A DNA stretch of 64,000 nucleotides from Pseudomonadales bacterium (GCA_965230515.1 OZ246007.1:391337-455336); one strand, 5' to 3'. Positions 31,101 to 41,844 are shown, numbered from the stretch's first letter. Notes: generated by a model from the sequence alone, not told the origin. Translations and numbers: made by a program.

Positions 31101-31465
31101 GTCGGATGGATGGCTTTCAGCATAACCCGGAATTTAGAGGGAAACTGTTAGCCGTATTAAAGTCTGCAAAATCAGACCCTCAAGGAAGCTGGTTACTTTC
31201 CGGGAATCATCAAGGCTATCTAAGCAACCGTGAAATGTTGTTCCGAATTGCCAACCATTCTGTCACCTTGCGGCTACCACACTGCTTCGTCACAGATGGA
31301 CAGCGTTGGGTGGTGGATGTGAGTCTGACTGATGACATTGAGTTATACGTGAACCAACATCAAACACAAATGACCCGATTCAGAGAAGGGTTAGCGCAGA
31401 TCGACAATTTGCCCGTCAAAACTGCCTGTTATTTCCCCTTGCAGCAACAACTTCAGTCGCTTTAA
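28145..31465 (+). CDS. UvrD/AddA-like superfamily-1 helicase subunit
   Basis: It has Walker A APAGSGKTELL, motif II DEFQDTS, and late motifs TIHKAKGLEFD and YVAATRA. The start at 28145 forms an ATGA overlap with the upstream stop. Confidence 0.8.
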   Translation: MSAVIDSTQRREALDPNQSLAVTAPAGSGKTELLTRRVLTLLAGVEQPEQILAITFTRKAANEMRHRILAALQIARQDAPEDAYQKELWEIARRALARDTSKGWQLLENPNRLRLQTIDSFCMSLVRQMPILSGIGGDLGICDKPELLYKEAIRRLFEQLKTGGPALTDLKKLLSHLDNNLVRVESLLSVILGKREQWLRYLVGHGSDLDYFKKQLESHLECLVTETLANLHDQLEHAYPALLQTLKFASLNLPTDKRLLDPDATALPDYSSEQLSTWKKISNLLLTRSGTWRVKLTKNEGFPVAPNSREKTAYREAKESALALIEQFSTNEDLRLLLVEINSLPQPRYDERQWQLLGCLSHLLPQLAAELILVFGEAGEVDHQQITIAAHAALGHREVPSDISLLLDHRLHHILVDEFQDTSSTQFQLLSRLTESWQPGDGKSFFIVGDGMQSCYGFRDANVGLFLAARQFGIGNVKLQPLELEVNFRSQQGIVDWVNGCFSQAFPDKDDISRGAVSYTGCIAFKKQSDTNPVAFYVCEEDTERAVEADQVVQLVQQYKDEAPQESIAILVRNRSHLGAITQRLTEVCIPWSGVDLEPLTDKPAIQDLLALTRAALNPVDRVAWLSILRAPWCGLTLKDLELIAGLESGQQPVWFAINDDNITQGLSSAGFQALHKLKEIFTTAFAQRARKPLRQWIEGLWLALAGPATVSSIHELKQVSIYFELLKKHQKNGLTLDIEQFCHAVDEIYAQPEEQAGAVQIMTIHKAKGLEFDRVIIPGMDRGGRSQGNELMLQHERLSNQGCVHLMISPIAASGGEQDSLYEYIKQEQKQKVRLENTRLTYVAATRAIKRLALIACLKRNPETNRLVAPPGASLLHCLWPVIEDQAICIKPEALQKQVLRANQQGPEFSLLRFDEDWVSPALPKGDILHAYRGHEYGDQPENTVISESDVLLEKAVRQLFYAIEQTGIEQWINGHQDYLPVILSRMDGFQHNPEFRGKLLAVLKSAKSDPQGSWLLSGNHQGYLSNREMLFRIANHSVTLRLPHCFVTDGQRWVVDVSLTDDIELYVNQHQTQMTRFREGLAQIDNLPVKTACYFPLQQQLQSL

Positions 31466-31600
31466 AAGCCTGGTTCTCAGGGACTATTTTATATTTCTGT
31501 GGTTATACCATAAATCATTTTGATATATCATAAGCGACCTCTCGGATTTGTGGATTAACAGGCAAAGGGCGCGTTGACGTCCAGGCTATAGGCAATAAAT

Positions 31601-32668
31601 ATGACAGCAACACATTTAACCAATGTAAACGTCGAATCACTCGACGTACTCATTACCCCGGAACAACTCAAAAAAGATATACCGGTCTCAGCAACCGCAA
31701 AGGAAACAGTCCTTCAGGGCCGCCAGACCATTCAGAATATTCTGGATCGCAAGGACCACCGTTTAATGGTGGTAGTTGGCCCCTGCTCCATTCATGACGT
31801 CGCAGCTGCAAAGGAGTACGCGGACCGTTTGAAATCACTTGCAGATGAGGTTAGTGACACGATTTATCTGGTGATGCGTGTTTACTTTGAAAAACCCCGA
31901 ACCACAGTAGGCTGGAAGGGACTGATCAACGATCCTCACATGGATGATTCGTTCGATATCGAAGAAGGACTGCATATTGGCCGACGTTTATTGGTGGATC
32001 TGGCAGAAATGGGTTTGCCCACGGCAACTGAAGCACTCGACCCTAACTCTCCCCAGTATCTGCATGAATTGATCTCCTGGTCAGCGATTGGTGCGCGCAC
32101 CACGGAGTCCCAGACGCACCGTGAGATGTCGAGCGGATTGTCAGTCGCGATTGGTTTTAAAAATGGTACCGACGGTGGGCTTTCCGTTGCCATCAATGCC
32201 CTACAATCTGTATCGCACCCACATAGCTTTCTGGGACTCAATCATCAGGGTCAGGTAGCGGTTATTCGAACACGCGGAAACCCCTATAGCCATATCGTAT
32301 TACGAGGTGGTGGCGGCAAACCCAACTATGACTCGGTCAGTGTGGCTTTATGCGAGCAACGTTTAACTGAGGCTGGCCTGTCAAACAACATCATGATTGA
32401 CTGTAGTCACGCAAACTCCAATAAAAACCCTGAGTTACAGCCACTGGTGATGGACAATGTTGCCAATCAGATACTGGAGGGCAACCAGTCAATTATCGGG
32501 TTAATGATTGAAAGCAATCTCGAGCAAGGTAACCAGTCAATTCCCGAAAACCTCTCAGACCTGAAATACGGTGTTTCCGTAACAGATGCCTGCATTGACT
32601 GGCCGACTACGGAAAAAACTTTGCGAGATATGCGGAATAAGCTGAAAGAGGTTCTGCCAAAGCGCTAG
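31601..32668 (+). CDS. Class I 3-deoxy-7-phosphoheptulonate (DAHP) synthase, AroF/G/H type
   Basis: It is near-colinear with the E. coli AroF/G/H core (LVMRVYFEKPRTTVGWKGLINDPHMD...SWSAIGARTTESQTHREM). The feedback isozyme type cannot be assigned by eye. Confidence 0.93.
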   Translation: MTATHLTNVNVESLDVLITPEQLKKDIPVSATAKETVLQGRQTIQNILDRKDHRLMVVVGPCSIHDVAAAKEYADRLKSLADEVSDTIYLVMRVYFEKPRTTVGWKGLINDPHMDDSFDIEEGLHIGRRLLVDLAEMGLPTATEALDPNSPQYLHELISWSAIGARTTESQTHREMSSGLSVAIGFKNGTDGGLSVAINALQSVSHPHSFLGLNHQGQVAVIRTRGNPYSHIVLRGGGGKPNYDSVSVALCEQRLTEAGLSNNIMIDCSHANSNKNPELQPLVMDNVANQILEGNQSIIGLMIESNLEQGNQSIPENLSDLKYGVSVTDACIDWPTTEKTLRDMRNKLKEVLPKR

Positions 32669-32672
32669 TGCC

Positions 32673-33449
32673 GTGTCAGAACCAATCAAACTGCTGCATC
32701 TCACCGATCTGCACTTGAGAGCAGATCGCGCTTCAATTATGCGTGGCAAAAATGTATATGAGCAGGTGGATGCAGTTTTTTCAGCAATAACTCAGCATCA
32801 GCTTTGGCCGGCAGACCTGATTCTCCTGACAGGGGATATAGTCGATGAAAAGCAGTACTGTGCGTTTCAATCTGCTTATCAGGATTTGGCGGAACGACTC
32901 GCAGACCTTAATGTTCAGGCCTGTGCTATTCCCGGCAATCACGACCATCCTGTATTGCTGAATGATACCTTTGCCAGCTATGGAATGGCCACAAAGGGTA
33001 ATATTCAGTTGGGCAACTGGTTGTTAGCGCTACTCGACAGCAGTATTCCCGGCGAGGTTGGCGGTGAACTGAAGAGCACGGAACTGGGTGATCTGGACGC
33101 GGCTTACAGCTCATCTGATGCGGAACACCTACTCGCTGCGGTACATCACCCGCTGATCGATATTGGCACTCATTGGCTGGATCAGATCAGATCAAAAAAC
33201 GGTGAACTTTTGTTGGATCAGTTTGCCAAGTACCAGGGAACAAAGCTTGTTCTTTGGGGGCATGCCCATCAGGAATTCGACCAATACGTCAAAAGTGTTC
33301 GACTGCTGGGAACACCAGCGGCCTGCCCTGTCCAGTTTAAACCTGACAGTCATGACTTTGCCGTTGACGAGCAACGCAGTGCCGGCTATCGCTGGTGTCT
33401 GTTAAACGATGATGGCAGTATCGAAACCCGGATTGAACGTGTTGAATGA
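32673..33449 (+). CDS. cpdA: Metallophosphoesterase, 3',5'-cyclic-nucleotide phosphodiesterase CpdA-like
   Basis: It has the calcineurin-like motifs LTDLHL, GDIVDE, GNHD and GHAHQ. The start codon is GTG. Confidence 0.7.
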   Translation: MSEPIKLLHLTDLHLRADRASIMRGKNVYEQVDAVFSAITQHQLWPADLILLTGDIVDEKQYCAFQSAYQDLAERLADLNVQACAIPGNHDHPVLLNDTFASYGMATKGNIQLGNWLLALLDSSIPGEVGGELKSTELGDLDAAYSSSDAEHLLAAVHHPLIDIGTHWLDQIRSKNGELLLDQFAKYQGTKLVLWGHAHQEFDQYVKSVRLLGTPAACPVQFKPDSHDFAVDEQRSAGYRWCLLNDDGSIETRIERVE

Positions 33450-33516
33450 GACCAATGTGACAGCCATAACCACATACAACTCCTTTGCCTGGATTTGAAT
33501 AAAGAAGGTATCAAAA

Positions 33517-34344
33517 TTGAAGATCGTATCGTTTAATATCAATGGAATACGCGCTCGCCTGCATCAGTTACAGGCCATTATCGATAAGCACTCGCCGGAT
33601 GTTATTGGACTTCAGGAATCCAAGGTGAACGATCCGGACTTCCCGCGCCAAGCGGTCGAACAAATGGGATATCAGGTCGTCTTTCATGGTCAGAAGGCAC
33701 ATTATGGGGTAGCCCTGTTATCGAAGGAAAAACCATTAAACGTTCAAAGAGGCTACCCAACCGATGATAACGATGCACAGCGGCGGCTGATAGTCGGCGA
33801 CTATACGGTTAATGACCAACAGGCTTCTGTGTTAAGTATCGTCAACGGTTATTTCCCGCAGGGAGAGAGCCGTAAACATGAAACCAAGTTCCCTGCAAAA
33901 CGCAAATTCTATCAGGATTTAATGACCTACCTGGATACGCATCAATCGCCAGACAATTTTCTGGCGATCATGGGCGATTTTAATATTTCCCCCACTGATC
34001 TTGATATCGGTATAGGTGAGAAAAACGCGAAACGCTGGCTGCAAACAGGCAAGTGCAGTTTTTTACCCGAGGAGAGAGAGTGGTATCAAAAATTATGGGA
34101 TTGGGGCTTGAAGGACAGTTATCGCCTGCTTAATCCGGAGGTCAATGATCGCTTTAGCTGGTTTGATTATCGTAGCAGGGGTTTTGACGACAACCCCAGA
34201 CGAGGTTTGCGGATCGACCATATCCTAATTACAGAACCGTTAGCAAGCCGGTGTGTGGATGCAGGAATAGATTATGAAATTCGCGGAACTGAGAAACCGT
34301 CTGATCATTGCCCGATCTGGGCGACGTTTGAATTCGGCGACTAG
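33517..34344 (+). CDS. xthA: Exodeoxyribonuclease III
   Basis: It is colinear with E. coli XthA from residue 1 ([14 protein letters not shown]...[12 protein letters not shown]). The start codon is TTG, preceded by AAGAAGG. Confidence 0.95.
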   Translation: MKIVSFNINGIRARLHQLQAIIDKHSPDVIGLQESKVNDPDFPRQAVEQMGYQVVFHGQKAHYGVALLSKEKPLNVQRGYPTDDNDAQRRLIVGDYTVNDQQASVLSIVNGYFPQGESRKHETKFPAKRKFYQDLMTYLDTHQSPDNFLAIMGDFNISPTDLDIGIGEKNAKRWLQTGKCSFLPEEREWYQKLWDWGLKDSYRLLNPEVNDRFSWFDYRSRGFDDNPRRGLRIDHILITEPLASRCVDAGIDYEIRGTEKPSDHCPIWATFEFGD

Positions 34345-34375
34345 CCAAACCTCAGGATAACAACCGGATTACTAT

Positions 34376-34562
34376 CCCCTCTCCCCTATTTTAGGGGAGA
34401 GGGTTAGGGTTAGGGTGAGGGGGAACATAAAAGCCACTCACCGATAAGTTACAAGATTTGCCCTCACCTTCGTCCTCTCCCAGAGGGAGAGGAGACACTT
34501 CTGTCCTGTCTTTCACGACACCCTCGGAAGAGGAGGCATTTCTTTCTTATCTTTCGCAATAC
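34376..34562 (+). repeat. Structured intergenic repeat, copy 2
   Basis: It is homologous to 20370-20554, with an extra ttaggg unit (gggttagggttagggtgaggggg). Boundaries are approximate. Confidence 0.7.
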
Positions 34563-34593
34563 CCGCAACCGGAAGACGGTTTATAGGCGCGTG

Positions 34594-35529
34594 TTACTGC
34601 TGAATCAGCTGTTCAAACTCAGGCAACACCTTAAAGAGATCAGCTACCAGGCCATAATCGGCTACCTGAAAGATAGGCGCTTCTTCATCCTTGTTAATCG
34701 CAACGATCACTTTGCTGTCTTTCATGCCAGCGAGATGCTGAATAGCACCGGAAATACCGACTGCAATATAAAGCTCTGGAGCGACAATTTTTCCGGTTTG
34801 ACCGACCTGCATGTCGTTAGGTACGAAACCCGCATCAACTGCTGCGCGGGAAGCTCCCACAGCGGCACCGAGAATGTCGGCAATCTTATAAAGATGATCA
34901 AAATTCTCACCATTCTGCATGCCTCGACCACCGGAAACCACGATGCCCGCTGAGGTCAATTCAGGACGGTCAGACTTGGCCAGCTCTTCTTTGGCAAAAG
35001 AGGAGATTCCTGCATCTGTCACTATATCCAAAGCCTCGACCGCAGCTGAACCACCCTCGGCAGCAGCGCCATCATAAGCGGTAGTACGCACCGTAATTAC
35101 TTTAATAGCATCAGATGATTTAACAGTGGCAATCGCGTTGCCGGCATAAATCGGTCGTTTAAAGGTTTCCGCGTCAATTATTTCGACAATATCGGATACC
35201 TGTGCAACATCCAGTAACGCAGCTGCACGAGGCAAAACATTCTTGCCATTAGAGGTTGCAGGAGCCATTATGTGGCTGTAATCGCTACCAATCTGCGCGA
35301 TAAGTGCTGCAACATTTTCTGCCAGCATATGTTCGTAAGCGGCATTATCCGCTACCAGTACTTTTGCCACACCTTCGATTTTGGACGCTGCTTCCGCCGC
35401 TCCACCGCAATTGCTGCCAGCAATCAATACAGCGATATCGCCACCAACTTTTTGAGCAGCGGTTACCGTATTGAGGGTAGCTGCTTTAATACTGTTATTG
35501 TCATGTTCTGCTACAACTAGAATGCTCAT
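34594..35529 (-). CDS. etfA: Electron transfer flavoprotein alpha subunit
   Basis: It has the C-terminal FAD-binding signature [19 protein letters not shown]. Confidence 0.93.
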   Translation of the reverse strand: MSILVVAEHDNNSIKAATLNTVTAAQKVGGDIAVLIAGSNCGGAAEAASKIEGVAKVLVADNAAYEHMLAENVAALIAQIGSDYSHIMAPATSNGKNVLPRAAALLDVAQVSDIVEIIDAETFKRPIYAGNAIATVKSSDAIKVITVRTTAYDGAAAEGGSAAVEALDIVTDAGISSFAKEELAKSDRPELTSAGIVVSGGRGMQNGENFDHLYKIADILGAAVGASRAAVDAGFVPNDMQVGQTGKIVAPELYIAVGISGAIQHLAGMKDSKVIVAINKDEEAPIFQVADYGLVADLFKVLPEFEQLIQQ

Positions 35530-36278
35530 CAGATAACCTTCGCTTCGTTTTTCAGTTTATCGACCAGTTCTTCAACACTTTCCACAATGATGCCCGCTTG
35601 TCGCTCTGCTGGTGGCTCAACTTTCAATGTAGTTATACTTGGAGTGACATCGACACCCAACTCGGCAACCGATAGCACATCCAAAGGCTTTTTCTTGGCC
35701 TTCATAATGTTCGGTAGAGAAGCATAACGCGGCTCATTCAAACGCAAATCGGTTGTTACAATCGCCGGAAGATTCAGTGCAACAGTTTGCAGACCACCAT
35801 CAACTTCCCGGGTCACCATCGCTTTGCCATCCTCAATTACCACCTCCGATGCAAAAGTACCCTGCGGCATATTGGTCAAGGCACCCAGCATTTGGCCCGT
35901 CTGGTTGTTATCCTGATCAATCGCCTGTTTGCCAAGAATAACGAGATCCGGTTGTTCTTTCTCGATAACGGCCTTCAATAATTTGGCAACGGCTAATGGC
36001 TGCAGTTCGCCTTCGGACTCCACCAGGATGCCGCGATCGGCTCCTAATGCGAGCGCCGTCCTAATTTGCTCCTGACATACTTTTGATCCAAGAGAAACGG
36101 CGATGACTTCACTTGCCACGCCCTTTTCCTTAAGCCTTACCGCTTCTTCAACGGCAATTTCGCAAAAGGGGTTAAGCGCCATTTTGACATTTGCCAAATC
36201 GACATCAGATTGATCAGACTTAACACGCACCTTGACGTTGTAGTCAATGACGCGCTTTACAGGAACAAGAACCTTCAT
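35529..36278 (-). CDS. etfB: Electron transfer flavoprotein beta subunit
   Basis: It has [19 protein letters not shown] and lies adjacent to, and overlapping, etfA. Confidence 0.93.
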   Translation of the reverse strand: MKVLVPVKRVIDYNVKVRVKSDQSDVDLANVKMALNPFCEIAVEEAVRLKEKGVASEVIAVSLGSKVCQEQIRTALALGADRGILVESEGELQPLAVAKLLKAVIEKEQPDLVILGKQAIDQDNNQTGQMLGALTNMPQGTFASEVVIEDGKAMVTREVDGGLQTVALNLPAIVTTDLRLNEPRYASLPNIMKAKKKPLDVLSVAELGVDVTPSITTLKVEPPAERQAGIIVESVEELVDKLKNEAKVI

Positions 36279-36547
36279 TTATTCACCATCTTTTTGTGAT
36301 TAAAATTCTGCGGCGCAGAATAGCCAACTCGAGAGAGAAATACAACTATACCGATTTATTTTTATTTTTAAAGAGAGCGTTCATTCAAGTTACTCATACG
36401 TCATGATCTAAATCTAATATCGAACAGTTCTATCACTATTTTGTTATGCCAATGTGCCGTCTCGTTATAAAATGGTTTTTTTTGTGTCGTTTTGTGTATC
36501 CGGTATAATGCCCGCCTTTAGTCAGCAAGGGTTAATTGGGGAGTCCT

Positions 36548-38203
36548 ATGTCAGAAAGAGAATCAATGGAGGTCGATGTCGTTATCATCGGCGCTGGTCC
36601 GGCCGGCTTGTCTACCGCCTGTCGTTTGTTGCAACTCGCTCAGGAAGCTGAGCAGGAGTTGATGGTCTGTGTGGTTGAGAAAGGCTCTGAAGTCGGAGCG
36701 CATATACTTTCCGGTGCTGTATTTGAACCGTCGGCACTGAATGAACTGTTCCCCGACTGGAAAGAGCGTAACGCACCACTCAACACGCCCGTCACCGGTG
36801 ATGATATTTATCTGATGCGCAGCGAGCAGAAAGCAATTAAAACGCCCCACCTTTTTGTACCCAAAACGATGCATAATGAAGGTAACTACATTATTAGTCT
36901 GGGTAACTTATGTCGCTGGCTCTCGGACCAGGCAATGGAACTGGGTGCTGAGGTCTATCCCGGTTTTGCAGCAGCGGAAATCCTGTACAACGAAGATGGC
37001 AGTGTCAAAGGCGTAGCAACGGGTGATATGGGTGTTGCTGAGGATGGCGGCCATAAGGACAGCTACCAACCAGGTTTTGAGTTCCATGCCAAGTACACTA
37101 TCTTTGCAGAAGGATGTCGAGGGCATTTGGGTAAAGAACTGCTGCAAAAGTTTGACTTGGATAAGGATGCCGAGCCGCAGCACTATGGCGTTGGTATTAA
37201 AGAACTCTGGGATATTGACCCCGAAAAACACCAACAGGGTCTGGTCGTGCACAGCGCAGGCTGGCCTCTGAGCGAAAGCGGTTCAGCCGGCGGTGGCTTC
37301 CTCTATCATCTTGAGAACAACCAGGTCGTAGTTGGTTTGATTGTCGATCTGAGCTACTCAAACCCGCATGTCAGTCCATTTGATGAATTCCAGCGCTTTA
37401 AGCATAACACCGCAATCAAGCAATATCTGGAGGGCGGCAAACGCGTTTCCTATGGTGCTCGCGCAATATCCAAAGGAGGACTTAACTCGTTACCAAAAAT
37501 GACCTTCCCCGGCGGATTGCTGGTCGGTTGTGATGCCGGCACACTGAACTTTGCCAAGATTAAAGGCAGTCATACCGCCATGAAATCCGGCATGCTGGCA
37601 GCTGAGGCGGTCTTTGAATCGATTAAAGGCGGATCTACAGGTGGTGATGAGCTGACCGGATTCGCGGATGCGTTTAAAGCCTCATCTGTGTACGACGAAC
37701 TGTATCGTAGTCGCAATTTCGGTGCAGCGATGCATAAATATGGCACCTATATTGGCGGCGCATTTAATTTTATCGACCAAAATATCTTTGGTGGCAAGCT
37801 GCCCATTAATTTGAGCGATCCTAAACCGGATCACGCCGCATTAAAACCGGCGGCAGACTGTAAGAAGATTGATTATCCCAAGCCCGACGGCGCGATCAGC
37901 TTTGACAAGCTTACATCTGTCTTTCTTTCCAACACTAATCATGAGGAAGACCAGCCTTGCCATCTGAAATTAGCTGATCCTGGTATACCTCTGGGGCAGA
38001 ACCTCAGTTTGTATGACGAGCCGGCGCAGCGTTATTGTCCTGCCGGGGTCTACGAAATTATTGAGGAAAATGGCGATAAACGGTTTCAGATCAACTCACA
38101 GAACTGTGTGCACTGCAAAACCTGCGATATCAAGGATCCGGCACAGAATATCACCTGGGTAGTTCCAGAGGGTGCTGGTGGTCCAAATTATCCGAATATG
38201 TAG
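36548..38203 (+). CDS. Electron transfer flavoprotein-ubiquinone oxidoreductase
   Basis: It has the FAD motif VVIIGAGPAGLS and a C-terminal 4Fe-4S motif (CVHCKTCDIKDP). ATG at 36548 follows GGGGAG, whereas the track start at 36536 is TTG. Confidence 0.93.
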   Translation: MSERESMEVDVVIIGAGPAGLSTACRLLQLAQEAEQELMVCVVEKGSEVGAHILSGAVFEPSALNELFPDWKERNAPLNTPVTGDDIYLMRSEQKAIKTPHLFVPKTMHNEGNYIISLGNLCRWLSDQAMELGAEVYPGFAAAEILYNEDGSVKGVATGDMGVAEDGGHKDSYQPGFEFHAKYTIFAEGCRGHLGKELLQKFDLDKDAEPQHYGVGIKELWDIDPEKHQQGLVVHSAGWPLSESGSAGGGFLYHLENNQVVVGLIVDLSYSNPHVSPFDEFQRFKHNTAIKQYLEGGKRVSYGARAISKGGLNSLPKMTFPGGLLVGCDAGTLNFAKIKGSHTAMKSGMLAAEAVFESIKGGSTGGDELTGFADAFKASSVYDELYRSRNFGAAMHKYGTYIGGAFNFIDQNIFGGKLPINLSDPKPDHAALKPAADCKKIDYPKPDGAISFDKLTSVFLSNTNHEEDQPCHLKLADPGIPLGQNLSLYDEPAQRYCPAGVYEIIEENGDKRFQINSQNCVHCKTCDIKDPAQNITWVVPEGAGGPNYPNM

Positions 38204-38224
38204 GCGCTTTTAATCGTTCATTTT

Positions 38225-38253
38225 AAAGGGGTGTATATAGCACCCCTTTTTTT
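38225..38253. terminator. Bidirectional rho-independent terminator between ETF-QO and the DUF1285 gene
   Basis: aaaGGGGTG-tatatag-CACCCCttttttt is flanked by an A-run and a T-run. Confidence 0.7.
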
Positions 38254-38276
38254 AGAGCGTCATTCTATATCGCGCG

Positions 38277-38843
38277 CTAAAAGCGACCCAGAACAAAATC
38301 TTCTCCTGAGCTTCTGATGCTCAGCTGCATGATATCCTCTTGTTCGAATTCTTGTTCATCCGCCATCTCCACCAATTGATAAAACAGATTTCGTGAAATC
38401 AGTGCATCCAGATTGTTACGAACGCGCACGTATGGTCTGGGCTGGCCCTCGCTCTCCACCACCCATATTGGGTGCTCAGCATCAACGATCACCTTGTCAC
38501 CGAGCGAGGTTTCCAGCTCGATCTGTTGTTCTCCCTTATCGCTGCTAATCTCTAAACTGACAGCAACAAAGGGAGCGTCATCCACATCTATTTCAAATTT
38601 CTCTACGGGCGTTACCAGATAGAACTTCCCGTCCTCTTCTTTTCTGAGAATAGTGGAAAACAGATTCACCAATGACTTTCGCTGAATCACCTGGCCCTCA
38701 TGGATCCATTGGCCATCCGCATCTATACGCAAATCCATTTTCCCCGTTGATGTAGGATTCCACTGATCAAGCGGCAAGGGCGCTCCCTGGTTTGCCTGGG
38801 GTAGCTGATCACTTAACTTTTGCAAATCTGTTTTGCCTGTCAC
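38277..38843 (-). CDS. DUF1285 family protein
   Basis: It shows the pattern WIHEGQVIQRKSLVNLFSTIL...GKFYLVTPVEKFEIDVDDAPFV. The start codon is GTG. Confidence 0.55.
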   Translation of the reverse strand: MTGKTDLQKLSDQLPQANQGAPLPLDQWNPTSTGKMDLRIDADGQWIHEGQVIQRKSLVNLFSTILRKEEDGKFYLVTPVEKFEIDVDDAPFVAVSLEISSDKGEQQIELETSLGDKVIVDAEHPIWVVESEGQPRPYVRVRNNLDALISRNLFYQLVEMADEQEFEQEDIMQLSIRSSGEDFVLGRF

Positions 38844-39203
38844 TGTGCATCCACTTTAGTGATGATGTAAATTGTCATTTGCCCTCACCTCTGATTGATC
38901 GTATCTGGCGAGTATAACCGTGCTATAAGATAACCACTATTCACAAAAAAAATAATTTTCTTATAACATTATTTATCAATATCTTACGAGCATTACCTAA
39001 AAACAAATTAATTAAATTACACTTAACATTCGCCAGCATTTCCGTTAAAATGCGCCGCTCTTAAAATACCGCTTTAAATCAGGAACCTCTAACAACATAT
39101 CGGGTTGTTACCAATTCAGCTCAGACAGTACCGGAGTTTCCACTAAGTGACCGAATCCAGCTCCTTTAAGGAGCCGATCAACGCCATTAAAGAGGATATC
39201 ATA

Positions 39204-41819
39204 GTGCTCGATGCATATCGCAAACACGTAGAAGAACGCGCCACTCAGGGCGTCCCCCCTAAACCCCTTGATCCGGAGCAAACTGCCGGTCTGGTAGAAC
39301 TTCTGAAAAACCCACCAGCCGGGGAAGAAGACTATCTTTTGGATTTGATCAGCAACCGCGTTCCGCCGGGCGTTGACGAGGCTGCGTATGTCAAAGCCGG
39401 CTTTCTTAGTGCTATTGTTAAAAATGAAGCAAACTCGCCACTGATTGACAGAGCACTTGCGGTAAAACTACTGGGCAATATGCTGGGCGGCTATAACATA
39501 GCGACATTGGTTGACCTGCTTGACGATAGCGAATTAAGTGATCTGGCAGGTGAAGAACTCAAGCATACTTTGTTGATGTTTGATGCGTTTCACGATGTTG
39601 AAGAAAAAGCGAAAGCAGGGAATGAAAAAGCAAAAGAGGTGATTCAATCCTGGGCAGACGGCGAATGGTTTACCAATAATGATGCTGTCCCCGAGAGCAT
39701 TAAAGTTTCAGTCTTTAAGGTGACTGGTGAAACCAATACCGATGACCTCTCCCCTGCTCCAGATGCCTGGAGTCGGCCGGATATTCCTTTGCATGCGCTA
39801 GCTATGTATAAAATGCAGCGCGATGGTCTGGAGCCGGAAGAAAACGGTGTAACCGGGCCGATGAAGCAAATTGAAGCTATCAAGGCGAAAGGTTTACCCG
39901 TCGCTTTTGTCGGTGATGTGGTCGGAACCGGCTCATCACGCAAATCTGCAACCAACTCGGTATTATGGTTCTTCGGCGAAGACATGCCGGGTGTACCGAA
40001 CAAACGATCGGGTGGGATTTGTATTGGAGGCAAAGTTGCTCCAATTTTCTTCAACACCATGGAAGATGCAGGCGCTTTGGTCTTTGAGGCTCCGGTTGAG
40101 AAACTGAATATGGGCGATGTGATTGAAATTCGCCCCTATGACGGCAAGATTCTTTCAGAATCCGGTGAAGTATTGTCCGAGTTTGAATTGAAATCAGACG
40201 TATTACTCGATGAAGTTCAGGCAGATGGCCGAATTAATCTGATTATTGGTCGAGGTTTGACTTCAAAAGCACGTGAAAGCCTGGGGTTACCAGCATCCGA
40301 CCTGTTCCGCAAACCTTCACAACCAGCTGATACCGGTAAAGGCTATACCCTTGCCCAGAAAATGGTTGGCCGCGCATGTGGTGTTGAAGGCGTTCGACCG
40401 GGCACTTATTGTGAACCCAAAATGACGACAGTTGGTTCGCAGGACACTACAGGCCCGATGACTCGCGATGAGTTAAAAGATCTGGCTTGCCTCGGTTTTT
40501 CAGCAGACCTGACCATGCAGTCTTTTTGCCACACGGCGGCTTACCCAAAACCTGTCGATATCGATACCCAGCATACGTTGCCGGACTTTATCATGAATCG
40601 CGGTGGTGTATCACTGCGCCCGGGTGACGGCATCATCCATAGCTGGCTGAACCGTATGCTGCTACCTGACACTGTCGGTACCGGTGGTGATTCACATACA
40701 CGTTTCCCAATGGGAATTTCATTCCCCGCAGGTTCAGGTCTGGTTGCATTTGCGGCAGCAACGGGTGTTATGCCACTGGATATGCCTGAATCGGTTTTGG
40801 TACGTTTTAAAGGTGAGATGCAGCCCGGTATTACCCTGCGAGACCTGGTACATGCCATTCCCTATTATGGTATCAAACAGGGGCTGCTAACGGTTGAAAA
40901 GAAAGGCAAGAAAAACTTCTTCTCAGGACGTGTGCTTGAGATTGAAGGGCTGGAAGGCCTGACCGCTGAACAGGCATTTGAACTGTCTGACGCTTCTGCA
41001 GAGCGCTCTGCAGCGGGTTGCACAATCAAGCTGGGTGAAGAGTCTGTCGCCAAATACCTGAGTTCCAACATCACTATGCTGCGCTGGATGATTGCCGAAG
41101 GCTATGGTGACGCGAGAACACTAGAGCGTCGTGCCAGAAAAATGGAAGAATGGCTGGCTAATCCTGAGCTGTTATCTGCTGATGCGGATGCAGAGTATGC
41201 CGCGGTGATTGAAATAGATCTGGCAGACGTTAAAGAGCCAATCGTTTGTTGCCCAAATGATCCGGATGATGCAAAACTGCTGTCTGAAGTGGCCGGCGAC
41301 AAAGTAGATGAAGTCTTTATCGGCTCCTGCATGACCAACATAGGCCATTTCCGTGCTGCGGGTAAATTGCTTGAACAACATGGTGGCGGTATTTCTACTC
41401 GCCTGTGGTTATCACCACCGACCAAGATGGATGAGCATGCGCTGATGGAAGAAGGTTTTTACAACATATATGGCCGTGCAGGTGCTCGCACAGAGATGCC
41501 TGGCTGCTCACTATGCATGGGTAACCAGGCGCGTGTTGCACCAAATAGTACAGTGCTCTCAACCTCCACACGTAACTTCCCGAACCGTCTGGGTGATGGT
41601 GCGAATGTTTACCTGACCTCTGCAGAACTGGCTGCAGTCGGCGCGATCCTGGGCAAACTGCCCACGCCAGCGGAGTATATGGAATATGCCAATCGCATCG
41701 ACTCCATGGCAAGTGATATCTATCGCTACCTCAACTTCAATCAGATTGAGTCATTCCAAAAGTCTGCGGAACAAGGCAAGTTAATTGCCGCTGAGCAGAT
41801 TGATGTAGTGACCGCCTGA
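39204..41819 (+). CDS. acnB: Aconitate hydratase B / 2-methylisocitrate dehydratase
   Basis: It is colinear with E. coli AcnB starting at (V)[15 protein letters not shown] at 39204 is in frame and preceded by AAGAGGA. The track ORF start at 39147 adds 19 non-homologous residues. Confidence 0.96.
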   Translation: MLDAYRKHVEERATQGVPPKPLDPEQTAGLVELLKNPPAGEEDYLLDLISNRVPPGVDEAAYVKAGFLSAIVKNEANSPLIDRALAVKLLGNMLGGYNIATLVDLLDDSELSDLAGEELKHTLLMFDAFHDVEEKAKAGNEKAKEVIQSWADGEWFTNNDAVPESIKVSVFKVTGETNTDDLSPAPDAWSRPDIPLHALAMYKMQRDGLEPEENGVTGPMKQIEAIKAKGLPVAFVGDVVGTGSSRKSATNSVLWFFGEDMPGVPNKRSGGICIGGKVAPIFFNTMEDAGALVFEAPVEKLNMGDVIEIRPYDGKILSESGEVLSEFELKSDVLLDEVQADGRINLIIGRGLTSKARESLGLPASDLFRKPSQPADTGKGYTLAQKMVGRACGVEGVRPGTYCEPKMTTVGSQDTTGPMTRDELKDLACLGFSADLTMQSFCHTAAYPKPVDIDTQHTLPDFIMNRGGVSLRPGDGIIHSWLNRMLLPDTVGTGGDSHTRFPMGISFPAGSGLVAFAAATGVMPLDMPESVLVRFKGEMQPGITLRDLVHAIPYYGIKQGLLTVEKKGKKNFFSGRVLEIEGLEGLTAEQAFELSDASAERSAAGCTIKLGEESVAKYLSSNITMLRWMIAEGYGDARTLERRARKMEEWLANPELLSADADAEYAAVIEIDLADVKEPIVCCPNDPDDAKLLSEVAGDKVDEVFIGSCMTNIGHFRAAGKLLEQHGGGISTRLWLSPPTKMDEHALMEEGFYNIYGRAGARTEMPGCSLCMGNQARVAPNSTVLSTSTRNFPNRLGDGANVYLTSAELAAVGAILGKLPTPAEYMEYANRIDSMASDIYRYLNFNQIESFQKSAEQGKLIAAEQIDVVTA

Positions 41820-41844
41820 TAGACTGAGCAGTTAGCTATCAAAA

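Noticed and set aside
34591-34953. 120-aa plus-strand ORF
   Set aside because: It is antisense to the conserved 3' part of etfA.
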